Shown in pieces: positions 27,031 to 35,069 of a DNA stretch of 64,000 nucleotides. The notes under the pieces are model-generated. The model was not told where the DNA came from. It made no database searches and saw only the letters and a list, made by a program, of their open reading frames with translations. Within the stretch, counting starts at the first letter, position 1. Each line of letters begins with the position of its first letter. Position numbers and translations under genes: made by a program. The stretch comes from Candidatus Eiseniibacteriota bacterium (GTDB taxonomy: Bacteria; Eisenbacteria; RBG-16-71-46; SZUA-252), in assembly GCA_005893275.1 (NCBI GenBank), contig VBOW01000013.1:69387-133386 (forward strand), given 5' to 3'.

Positions 27031-30015
27031 ATGGACCCGCGGCAGCTGAAAATCGAGCGCGATCTGGCACCGCTCCTCGAAGGCGAGGTGCGGACCGACC
27101 CCATCGCGCTCGCTCTGTTTTCCACGGCCGCGTGCATTTTCAGGCGAAAGCCGCTCGCCGTGGTCTCGCCCAAGTCCGAGGCCGACGTCGCGAAGACGGT
27201 CGCGCTCGCCGCGGCCTCAGGAATCCCCGTGACCCCCCGCGGCGGGGGATCCAGCCTCGCCGGGCAGGCCCTGGGTCCGGGGATCATCCTCGATTTTCCC
27301 GCGCACATGAACCGGATCTTGGCGCTGGACCGGGAGCGGCGCCTCGTGCGTGTCGAGCCTGGCGCGCTCCACGGCCGCGTGCAGAAGGCGGCCCGCCGGG
27401 AGGGGTTGAGGCTCGGTCCGGATCCTTCCAGCGGGGACTTCTGCACGATCGGCGGAAACGTCGGGACGAACGCCTCGGGCGCGCACACCCTTCGTCACGG
27501 CGCGACGAAGGACCATGTTCTGGGTCTCACCGTCGTCCTCCATGACGGGACCGTCGTGGAGCTGGGCTCGCACGCGGGCGGCGGGGAAGCGGGATCGAGC
27601 TGGCATGCGGGAAGCGGAGTGGCGCGCGACGGCGGACCTATGTGGCGCGTGCTATCGGCGCAGGTGGAATCCATCCTGCGCTCCGGCGCGCCCGCGTTCC
27701 TGCCGGAGCGACCCCGGTCGAACAAGAACTCCTGCGGCTATGACCTCTGGGGCGCGTGGGCTCCGGGCGATGCGGTCAGCTCGATCGAGCCGCGATTTGA
27801 TCCGATGCGTTTGATCGTGGGCTCCGAGGGCACGCTCGGGGTCGTCACCGAAGTCACGATGCGGCTCGTCGAGAAGCCCGCATCGACCGCGGTGGCGCTC
27901 CTCTACTTCGCGTCCTGGGAGGATGCGACCGAAGCCGTGCTGGAGGCCCGGCGTCTCGGCGCTTCCGCCATCGAGGCGATGGATCACACGTTTCTCGCGT
28001 TCGTCCGCTCGGACCGCGAGGACCTGCGTCCTTTGATACCCGAGCGCTTCGATTCCTCCATTCTGGTCGAGTTCGAGGGGGCGTCCGCCGAGGAGGCCCG
28101 GGGCGGCATCGCCGCCATGGAGGAGTGGGCCGCCGCGCGGCGCGGGAAGGTCCTCGACTTCCGCGCGGCGCGAAATGCCGCGGAGCAGGCGACGCTCTGG
28201 AACGTGCGAAAGGCGGCCCTCCCTTTGATCTATCGTGCCTCGCCCGTCGAAAAGCCGATGAATTTCATCGACGATACCGCGGTGCCCGCCGAGCGTCTTG
28301 GCGACTACGTGAACGGGCTCCGCGCGATGTTCGCGAAGCACCGGACGCGCTTCGCGATCTTCGGGCACGCGGGGAACGGCAACGTTCACGTGATGCCGCT
28401 GATGGACCCGCATGACGCGACCTTCCAGAGCCGGATGGCCGCCATGGCCGAGGACGCCTTCGAGCTGACCTGGCGCCTGGGCGGGACCATCACCGGCGAG
28501 CATGGAGACGGCATCCTGCGCGCGCCCTATCTCGCGCGCCAGTATCCGAACGCCTATCCCGTCATGGCGCGCGTGAAGGACGCGATGGATCCAGCGGGAA
28601 TCCTGAATCCCGGGAACGTGATCTCGGACGCGCGGACGTTCCCGGAAGAGTATTCCCGTTACACGAACACGTATGTCGCCACGGGGACGGTGTTCGATGA
28701 GCCCGACTTCCGCGACATGATCGAGATGTGCCACGGGTGCGGGACCTGCCGAGACTATTGTCCCGTCGGCTCCACGACCTCCCTCGAGCCGCATACCGCG
28801 CGGGCCAAGGCGGTCTTGCTGATGGAGATGATCCGAGGCGAGCTGTCGGTGGGCGCGCTCACGGAAAAGCCGCTCAAGGAGGTCATGGACTCCTGCTTCA
28901 ACTGCAAGCTCTGCCTCAGCGAATGCCCGAGCCAGGTGGACATCCCGGGGCTCGCGATCGCCGCGCGGAAGGAATTCGTGGAGAAGCATGGAATGCCGAT
29001 CCGGAATTGGGTGCTGGGACACGCGGACCAAGTCGCGAGGATCGCCGGCATCGCTCCCGCCGTGGTGAATCTCGCGGTGGGCAACCCGGTCGAGCGCGCC
29101 GCGCGCGAAAAGGTAGGAAAGGTTGCGGGCCGGCTCGATCTGCCCCGTTTCCGGCGGCCGTTCGGCACCGGGGACGCGGGGTCGAAGCGTGCGCTCGCGC
29201 TGCCCCTGACGCAGGCGGCTTCCCACGGGCCGCGCGGCGCCGGGGCGCATGCCCACGCCCGCCTCGGGCCGCTGCCGCACCGCGACGTACCGATCACCAA
29301 GCGCGTCGCCTACTTCGCGGGCTGCTTCGCGCGCTTCCACGACCCCCAGGGGGAAGCCGAGGCCACCGTAAAGGTCCTCGAGGCAAACGGAATCGAAGTG
29401 GTCGTGCCGGAGCAGCGCTGCTGCGGCATCGCCTTGATCACGATGGGCGCCGAGCGTTCCATCGTCGCCGACGTGCGCCGGAATCTGGAGGTATTGCTGC
29501 CTCTGGTTGACCGCGGGTTCACGGTGGTCGCGAGCGCGCCCTCGTGCGGACTCGCGCTCATCGAGGACTATCCGCGCATCCTTGGTTCCGAGGAGGCGCG
29601 ACACCTCGCCGCGCACACGATCGACATCCATCAATACCTCTGGCGGCTTCACGAGCGCGGGGAGCTCAGGACCGATTTCAAGCCGGTCCCGATCTCGGTC
29701 GTGTACCACAATGCCTGCCATTCCGTGGCGCAGGGAATCGCCGAGGAGCCGATCCGCCTCCTGAAGCTCGTGCCCGGCGTGGAGGTGAGGCCGATCGACG
29801 ATTCTTGCTGCGGGATCGCGGGTACCTATGGCATGAAGTCCGAGAATTACGATCGCGCGATGGAAATCGGTACGCCGCTATTCAAGGAGCTCGATCGCAC
29901 GAAGGCGGAGGCGATCCTCACCGGGTGCGGGACGTGCAACATCCAGATCGCGCACGGCGCGAAGCGGGAGGTCGTACATACGATGGCGATCTTGCGCCGG
30001 GCGTACGGGGTCTGA
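27031..30015 (+). CDS. FAD-linked oxidase fused to 4Fe-4S and CCG (cysteine-rich) domains (GlcD-GlcF-like fusion)
   Basis: FAD-binding PCMH region VTPRGGGSSLAGQA, GTITGEHGDG. Ferredoxin motifs CHGCGTCRDYCP and CFNCKLCLSECP. Two CCG motifs (CCGIA.., CCGIAGTYG). ATG 27031 with G-rich RBS. Confidence 0.85.
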   Translation: MDPRQLKIERDLAPLLEGEVRTDPIALALFSTAACIFRRKPLAVVSPKSEADVAKTVALAAASGIPVTPRGGGSSLAGQALGPGIILDFPAHMNRILALDRERRLVRVEPGALHGRVQKAARREGLRLGPDPSSGDFCTIGGNVGTNASGAHTLRHGATKDHVLGLTVVLHDGTVVELGSHAGGGEAGSSWHAGSGVARDGGPMWRVLSAQVESILRSGAPAFLPERPRSNKNSCGYDLWGAWAPGDAVSSIEPRFDPMRLIVGSEGTLGVVTEVTMRLVEKPASTAVALLYFASWEDATEAVLEARRLGASAIEAMDHTFLAFVRSDREDLRPLIPERFDSSILVEFEGASAEEARGGIAAMEEWAAARRGKVLDFRAARNAAEQATLWNVRKAALPLIYRASPVEKPMNFIDDTAVPAERLGDYVNGLRAMFAKHRTRFAIFGHAGNGNVHVMPLMDPHDATFQSRMAAMAEDAFELTWRLGGTITGEHGDGILRAPYLARQYPNAYPVMARVKDAMDPAGILNPGNVISDARTFPEEYSRYTNTYVATGTVFDEPDFRDMIEMCHGCGTCRDYCPVGSTTSLEPHTARAKAVLLMEMIRGELSVGALTEKPLKEVMDSCFNCKLCLSECPSQVDIPGLAIAARKEFVEKHGMPIRNWVLGHADQVARIAGIAPAVVNLAVGNPVERAAREKVGKVAGRLDLPRFRRPFGTGDAGSKRALALPLTQAASHGPRGAGAHAHARLGPLPHRDVPITKRVAYFAGCFARFHDPQGEAEATVKVLEANGIEVVVPEQRCCGIALITMGAERSIVADVRRNLEVLLPLVDRGFTVVASAPSCGLALIEDYPRILGSEEARHLAAHTIDIHQYLWRLHERGELRTDFKPVPISVVYHNACHSVAQGIAEEPIRLLKLVPGVEVRPIDDSCCGIAGTYGMKSENYDRAMEIGTPLFKELDRTKAEAILTGCGTCNIQIAHGAKREVVHTMAILRRAYGV

Positions 30016-30048
30016 TGGCGTCCAGGCGCCGAGGATGCGAGGCCTGAC

Positions 30049-30537
30049 CTGTTCGGACTAGACCTCCACCCCGCCGTCGTCCACTTCCCGATCGCGCTGG
30101 CCGTGACCGGCGCCGTGGCCGAGCTGGTCTATCTGCTCATTCGAAGGCCATGGGTCAAGTGGTTTGGGCCGACCCTGCTCACCCTGGCCCTCGCCGGGTC
30201 CGGCGTCGCCTACTTCAGCGGCCAGGCGGTCCATGACAAGGCGGTGGATCAAGGGGTTCCCCAGGCCGCAGTGGAAAAGCACCAAACCTCCTGCGTGTGG
30301 GCGCTCGGCGCCCTGGGCCTCGCCACCATCCTTTCGTGGGCGGTCCGTCCGCGCGGGACGGGAATCTGGCTGTCTGCGCTGGTCGCGATCGCCGCGGCGG
30401 CGCTTACCTTGTATGCGGGTTACCTCGGAGGTGAGCTTGTGTACGTTCACGGCGCGGGGCGGGTGAAGGCGGGTGCTGTGAACCCGAGCGCCGGCCACAG
30501 CCATACGCATGCGGTGTCGAAAGGAGCGCGCCGATGA
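30049..30537 (+). CDS. DUF2231 membrane protein (start uncertain: CTG 30049 or GTG 30103)
   Basis: The family's conserved N-terminal LHPAVVHFPIAL is encoded at 30064-30099, upstream of the first ATG/GTG/TTG in frame (30103). CTG 30049 has GAGG 6 nt upstream. Confidence 0.55.
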   Translation: MFGLDLHPAVVHFPIALAVTGAVAELVYLLIRRPWVKWFGPTLLTLALAGSGVAYFSGQAVHDKAVDQGVPQAAVEKHQTSCVWALGALGLATILSWAVRPRGTGIWLSALVAIAAAALTLYAGYLGGELVYVHGAGRVKAGAVNPSAGHSHTHAVSKGARR

Positions 30538-30704
30538 ATCGCAATCGTTTCCGACTTTGGATCGTGATCGGAATCGCAATCGGGACTGCGGTTGGCGCTG
30601 CGACGCATAAGATCGCGTCTGGTGTCTCTCTCGGCGCGGCGCTCGGGATCATCCTTGCGTTTGCGATGTCGCGCGCTTCAAAGCCGGGTAGCTCGAAAGA
30701 GTGA
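30534..30704 (+). CDS. Small (56 aa) two-helix membrane protein, below the ORF-track cutoff
   Basis: MNRNRFRLWIVIGIAIGTAVGAATHKIASGVSLGAALGIILAFAMSRASKPGSSKE. ATGA overlap with the DUF2231 stop and GTGA overlap with the GNAT start. Confidence 0.4.
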   Translation: MNRNRFRLWIVIGIAIGTAVGAATHKIASGVSLGAALGIILAFAMSRASKPGSSKE

Positions 30705-31087
30705 TCCGGTTCGAAAGGCGCCGGAATCTCGACGTGCCAAGGCTCGGCGCCCTCTTTGCGGCAGCTTGGGGCTCGCCCAAACCGGGCTATGAGCGAGTGC
30801 TCGCCCACAGCTTCACGTGGGTGACCGCCTCGAGCGGCGATGACCTAGTCGGATTCGTGAACGTGGCCTGGGACGGCGACGTGCATTTCTTCTTGCTCGA
30901 TACCACGGTGCATCCGGACTGGCGGCGGAGGGGCATCGGGCGTCGCTTGGTTCAGGAAGCGATCGAAGCCTGCCGGGGTCACGGCGAATGGCTCCACGTC
31001 GATTCGGACGAGGAGTTGATGGCCGGGTTCTACCAGCGTTGCGGCTTCGAAGCGACCCCAGCCGGGTTGGTGGACCTCACAAAGTAG
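30701..31087 (+). CDS. GNAT family N-acetyltransferase
   Basis: VHPDWRRRGIGRRLVQEAIEACR (R/Q-x-x-G-x-G/A acetyl-CoA motif), FYQRCGFE. 128 aa. Confidence 0.75.
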   Translation: MIRFERRRNLDVPRLGALFAAAWGSPKPGYERVLAHSFTWVTASSGDDLVGFVNVAWDGDVHFFLLDTTVHPDWRRRGIGRRLVQEAIEACRGHGEWLHVDSDEELMAGFYQRCGFEATPAGLVDLTK

Positions 31088-31106
31088 CGGCCCGAGGGCG
31101 ACCCGC

Positions 31107-31135
31107 TTGCGCCGAGGCCCCAGCATTGCTATACT
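31107..31135 (+). promoter_or_regulatory. Putative sigma-70-type promoter for efp (TTGCGC-N17-TATACT)
   Basis: -35-like TTGCGC 31107-31112, 17-nt spacer, -10-like TATACT 31130-31135, 44 nt upstream of the efp GTG start. Sequence match only. Confidence 0.3.
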
Positions 31136-31179
31136 CAGCGGCTGCCAATCCATTTTGCAATCGATGAGGGAGATTTTTC

Positions 31180-31737
31180 GTGATTCCAGCGACTCAGATC
31201 AAGGTCGGCATGGTCGTTCTCCATGACGGGAAGCCCTGCCGCGTAACGAACGTGCTCCACGTGACGCCAGGGAACTGGCGCGGGATGGTGCACGCCAAGA
31301 TGGTCAATCTCGTAACCGGAAGCCAGGTGGAGTACCGGTTCCGCTCCGAGGACAAGGTGGAGCGGGCCGATCTGGACCACCATCCGCTCCAGTACCTCTA
31401 CCGGTCGGGAGACGACTTCACCTTCATGAACACCGAGAACTACGAGATGGTGAACGTGCCGCGCGACCACCTGGGGGACGCGGTCAACTACCTCGTGGAC
31501 GGGATGACGGTGGAGATGAGCTACTTCGAAGGAAAGCCCGTCGGGGTGGATGTGCCAATGTTCGTGGAGCTCGAGATCGTGGAGACCGACCCCGTGCTCA
31601 AGGGCGCGACCATCTCTTCGTCCCCGAAGATCGCCAAGATGAACACGGGGCTCGTCACCAAGGTGCCGCAGCACATGGGCATCGGGGACCGCGTGAAGAT
31701 CGACACTCGCGACGGGAGCTTCGTCGAGCGGGTGTAG
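31180..31737 (+). CDS. efp: Elongation factor P (non-canonical loop tip PGNWRG)
   Basis: 185 aa. IKVGMVVLHDGKPCRV, YLYRSGDDFTFMNTENYEM, VETDPVLKGAT, KVPQHMGIGDRVKIDTRDGSFVERV. GTG start with GAGGGAG upstream. Confidence 0.9.
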   Translation: MIPATQIKVGMVVLHDGKPCRVTNVLHVTPGNWRGMVHAKMVNLVTGSQVEYRFRSEDKVERADLDHHPLQYLYRSGDDFTFMNTENYEMVNVPRDHLGDAVNYLVDGMTVEMSYFEGKPVGVDVPMFVELEIVETDPVLKGATISSSPKIAKMNTGLVTKVPQHMGIGDRVKIDTRDGSFVERV

Positions 31738-31801
31738 CTTTCCGGCTCGCTGGCGTAGATTGAGGTCGCCCTAGCCGGAGCGTAGAAGCGCGGGAGTGTA
31801 A

Positions 31802-32707
31802 GTGCACCGCCTCTCGTATTACGCTGTCTTCGCCGCAATCCTTTGCGCCGCACCCGCCGGCACTGCTGCTGCCGACCCCGATTCAACAGTTTCCGTCGTC
31901 CACACGCCCAGTCCCACCGAGCAATTCACGCTCTACCTCGAGCGCGACGGAACGCGCAATGCCGTCTATGTCGAACCCCGGGCGGACGGAATGGTCGCGA
32001 TCACCTGGATGGACAGCACGCTCGGGTATGTCCCACTGTATCGCATCCGACGTATCGAGGACGCGCAAGGTGCTGATCGCACGTCCGAGGTGATCGGGCG
32101 TGGGCACCGCCTAGGCGCGCCAGTCCTGAGACCAGCTCACGGCCCCGAGGGTTGGAAGCGATATCGATTCCGCGCAGGGCCGCCGAGTGAGTGTGGTTCC
32201 TACCTCATCACGGATTTCGCCCTGATGTGGCGTACGGCGCCCCTTGCCGGGTACCCACGTCGCGATGACGAGATGCTCGGCACCTTTGATTGTGGCTACG
32301 CTCGAAACGTCGGGCGCTCCAACTCGATCGGCGGTTCGGTCTTCCTCGGAGGCAGCGCTAGCCGGACCCATGCGGGGTTGAGGCTTCGCCTCTGCAGTTG
32401 GCTTGCGCCCAACGTGAGTTTCGACATAGCACCGGGAATCGTCCTCCTTGCTGATGAGGGGGGGTCGTCCCGTTTCGTCGCCCCCGGCTTCTCCGGTCAG
32501 GCTGGGCTCACATTTAGCGGCAGGTTCGGCTTCGTTGCTCAAGTCATCTCGGTCAAGTGGCGGGAGTATAGATTTGAGAACACGGACACCGACTTGCATG
32601 TGGGGTTCAGGTTGGGCGCTGAGCCGGGAATTGCCATGGGCGCCGCATTCACGGTCGCTAAGGCGATCCAAGGAACTGGGCACACATTCAGGCCTACTAC
32701 CCCTTGA
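31802..32707 (+). CDS. Hypothetical secreted protein (possible beta-rich envelope protein)
   Basis: GTG start. Signal-peptide-like YYAVFAAILCAAPAGTAAA. No recognisable motifs. GC slightly lower than neighbours. Confidence 0.4.
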   Translation: MHRLSYYAVFAAILCAAPAGTAAADPDSTVSVVHTPSPTEQFTLYLERDGTRNAVYVEPRADGMVAITWMDSTLGYVPLYRIRRIEDAQGADRTSEVIGRGHRLGAPVLRPAHGPEGWKRYRFRAGPPSECGSYLITDFALMWRTAPLAGYPRRDDEMLGTFDCGYARNVGRSNSIGGSVFLGGSASRTHAGLRLRLCSWLAPNVSFDIAPGIVLLADEGGSSRFVAPGFSGQAGLTFSGRFGFVAQVISVKWREYRFENTDTDLHVGFRLGAEPGIAMGAAFTVAKAIQGTGHTFRPTTP

Positions 32708-33629
32708 CCCTCCCCAAATACCTCGCGATCTCCCATGCCGCCGCGGCGCCCTGGCCGGCGGCGTTCGCGATCGAGGGCCAGAGCGGGGAGCAGACGTCCC
32801 CTGCTGCGAACACGCCGGGGAGGGTCGTCCCGCCTCCGGCCCGCGCGCGCACGTAGCCCGCGCGATCGAGGCTCACTTGACCTCGCAGGAGCTCCGTCCT
32901 CGGCTCCCAGCCGATCCGCACGAACACCGCGTCCGCCTTCACGACTCGCGTCGTTCTCGAACCCCTCGTGCGGAAGTGCACCTCCTCGACGTGATCCTCG
33001 CCGGCGATCCGCCGCACCTCCGCGCTCGGGACGATCCGGATTCGCCGATCCTCACGGGCGCGCGCCAAGAAATCGGTTCGCGCGCGAAATCGCGTGGAGC
33101 GATGAAGAAGGGTGACGTCGCAGCCGATCTCCGCGCAAAGAAGCGCGTCTTCGACGGCCGCGGTACCCCCTCCGATCACGACGACCGGCTTTCTCGCGTA
33201 GCGCACGCGATCCCGGTTGGCGGAGTGGCTCACCCCGCGTCCCAAGAGCTCGCGCTCCCCGGGAATCCCCAGCCACCGGCGCCTCAATCCGGTCGCGACC
33301 AGGAGCGCCCGCGCGCCGAAGCGCTCACCGCCGCGCTCGGCCCAGCGCCTGCGTGCGGAAATCCTGGTCACCGGGGAGCCGGCGAGAATATTCAGATTCG
33401 CGCGCCGCGCATCCTCGAGCACGAGTGAGGCGAAGCGTTGGCCGTCGCAGCCCATGGCCAGCGGATAATCCTGAATCGGGGCGTAGATCTCGTGGAGCTG
33501 GCCGCCGGGGCTCGGCGCTTCCTCGAGGATCAGGGCCCGGAGACTGAATCCGCGGAGCCAGAGCGCGGCGGTAAGCCCCGCCATGCCGCCGCCCAGGATC
33601 AACGCGTCGAGCTGTTCGCTTCGGGGCAT
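32697..33629 (-). CDS. Thioredoxin-reductase-like NAD(P)/FAD-dependent oxidoreductase lacking the redox CxxC
   Basis: FAD GxGxxG DALILGGGMAGLTAA, NAD(P) site VVVIGGGTAAVEDA, C-terminal FAAGDV. The TrxR motif GVSYCATCD is replaced by GVSHSANRD. Confidence 0.8.
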   Translation of the reverse strand: MPRSEQLDALILGGGMAGLTAALWLRGFSLRALILEEAPSPGGQLHEIYAPIQDYPLAMGCDGQRFASLVLEDARRANLNILAGSPVTRISARRRWAERGGERFGARALLVATGLRRRWLGIPGERELLGRGVSHSANRDRVRYARKPVVVIGGGTAAVEDALLCAEIGCDVTLLHRSTRFRARTDFLARAREDRRIRIVPSAEVRRIAGEDHVEEVHFRTRGSRTTRVVKADAVFVRIGWEPRTELLRGQVSLDRAGYVRARAGGGTTLPGVFAAGDVCSPLWPSIANAAGQGAAAAWEIARYLGRVKG

Positions 33630-34369
33630 AGGTCACCCGCGACCTCCCAGAATGTCTTGAGCTCGATCGGCGGGAGACCGTATCGGTTCGAAAGAATGTC
33701 GAGGCTCTGCCTGCGGCCGGCGGCGTGGTCGGAATTGTGAAGCTGGCTCATGCCGCCTTTGTGGATTCGGATCGTGACCGATGCGCCGGGAACGCGCTGG
33801 ATGCGCCCCTGTCCGAGGGCGACGCGCAGGAGCCAGTCCCAGTCTTCGGAGTAGGGGATCTCGGTGTCGAAGAGCCCGAATCGATCGAAGGCGCTCCGCC
33901 GCGCCAGGATCGCGCTCGGCGGGATGAAGCTGTCGCGCATGAAGACTTCCAGCTCGAAATCTTGCGCGAGGGTGCGCCGTCCCCCGCTCTCCTCGTTCAA
34001 GACCCAGGCATCGGTATAGGCCACGTCCACACCGGGATCGCGGTCCAGCGCCGCCGAAAGCCGCGCGACATGTCCCGGCTCCCACAGATCGTCGTCGTCC
34101 AGGAATGCGATCGAGTCCGCGCGGGAGGCACGGATGCCGCGGTCCCGCGATGCGGCCAGCCCCTCCGGCGGATCGTCGTGATCCAGGACCCGTGCCGGGA
34201 ATTCCAGCCGGTCCAAGAGACCGATCACTTCCGCGCTGAGCGGCGCGCCGCCGTCCCGCACGAGCACCAGTTCCAGCTCGGGGTGCGTCTGCCGCGCGAC
34301 GCGCTCGAGCGCTTCGCGGAGTCGGGCGGGCCGATCTCGGGTAGGAAGGACGATGGAAACGGAAGGCAC
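33599..34369 (-). CDS. Glycosyltransferase family 2
   Basis: VSIVLPTRDRPARLREALERVARQTHPELELVLVRDGG, and a DxD region IAFLDDDDLWEP. GTG 34369 lies 1 nt after the folE stop; the ORF-track N-terminal extension is rejected. Confidence 0.75.
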   Translation of the reverse strand: MPSVSIVLPTRDRPARLREALERVARQTHPELELVLVRDGGAPLSAEVIGLLDRLEFPARVLDHDDPPEGLAASRDRGIRASRADSIAFLDDDDLWEPGHVARLSAALDRDPGVDVAYTDAWVLNEESGGRRTLAQDFELEVFMRDSFIPPSAILARRSAFDRFGLFDTEIPYSEDWDWLLRVALGQGRIQRVPGASVTIRIHKGGMSQLHNSDHAAGRRQSLDILSNRYGLPPIELKTFWEVAGDLCPEANSSTR

Positions 34370-34370
34370 G

Positions 34371-35069
34371 CTACCGGTGGCCCTGGGGTGACGGCTTTGA
34401 GGCGCCGGGCGCTCCGCGTCTCGCTTCCGTGATGAGGAGGGCGCGTTGCTCCACCCCGCGCATCTCGAGACACAGGTGTCGCGCGCGGATGACCACCTCC
34501 ACGGACGCGGGCTCGAGATCGCGCTCGATCGCGTCGGCCACAGCCTGTGTGAGGCTCTCTTGGAGACGCGGAACGCAGGCGAGCTCGCGCACGAGACGCG
34601 CGATCGCGCCAATGCCACAGACGCGATCGCCGGGCATGTACGTCACCGACGCCGTTCCGAAATACGGCACGAGATGGTGCGGGCACATGCCATAGACCGG
34701 AATCCGCTCGAGCCGGACCGTTTCGCCGGGGTGGCCGCGGTATCGAGACGGACGGATGGGTCCCGGCTCTCGGCGAAGCGCGGCGGTGCGCTCCGCGAGG
34801 AAATCGGCCGTCAGCTGCGCGGTCACGGTGTACTCCGGATCGCGACGGGGGTCGATGCCGAGCGAGCGGAGGAAGGTTGTGAGGGCGGCGACCGACTGCG
34901 CGTCCGTGCCGGGGCCGCTTCGGGCGTCGGCGGCGATCTCTCGATGCGCCCGGATTTCCTCCTCCAGGAGCGCCGCGTCATCCGAAGGCGGCTCGGACGG
35001 TCTGCCCCCGCGGCGCTCCGCGCGCCCTTGGTGGGGTCGTCCGCCGCGACCGCGACGTCTCGGGCTCAT
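34371..35069 (-). CDS. folE: GTP cyclohydrolase I (FolE type) with Arg/Gly-rich N-terminal extension
   Basis: Zn/catalytic motifs YGMCPHHLVPYFG, PRLQESLTQAVADAI, ARHLCLEMRGVEQ. ATG 35069 overlaps the HD gene stop (ATGA). Confidence 0.85.
   Translation of the reverse strand: MSPRRRGRGGRPHQGRAERRGGRPSEPPSDDAALLEEEIRAHREIAADARSGPGTDAQSVAALTTFLRSLGIDPRRDPEYTVTAQLTADFLAERTAALRREPGPIRPSRYRGHPGETVRLERIPVYGMCPHHLVPYFGTASVTYMPGDRVCGIGAIARLVRELACVPRLQESLTQAVADAIERDLEPASVEVVIRARHLCLEMRGVEQRALLITEARRGAPGASKPSPQGHR

Noticed and set aside
27652-29721. Very long antisense or out-of-frame ORFs. Examples: 27652..29721(-) 689 aa, 43363..45291(-) 642 aa, 18320..20152(-) 610 aa, 49430..51217(-) 595 aa, 41795..43519(-) 574 aa, 15641..17062(-), 39312..40427(-), 25233..26315(-), 117..1226(-), 39446..41290(+).
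   Set aside because: Each lies opposite or out of frame to a gene with unmistakable conserved motifs (FAD/Fe-S oxidase, uvrB, ppk1, groEL, valS, ppx, M42 peptidase, GT). Their translations are Arg/Pro/Gly/Asp-rich with no motifs. This is the expected shadow-ORF artefact of a stop-poor high-GC genome.
33599-34369. Idea that the GT2 near efp glycosylates the unusual EF-P loop, by analogy with EarP.
   Set aside because: The GT2 is on the opposite strand, separated from efp by two genes, and is tightly coupled to folE and the flavoprotein instead. It is GT-A/GT2-like, unlike EarP. No supporting evidence was found in the sequence.
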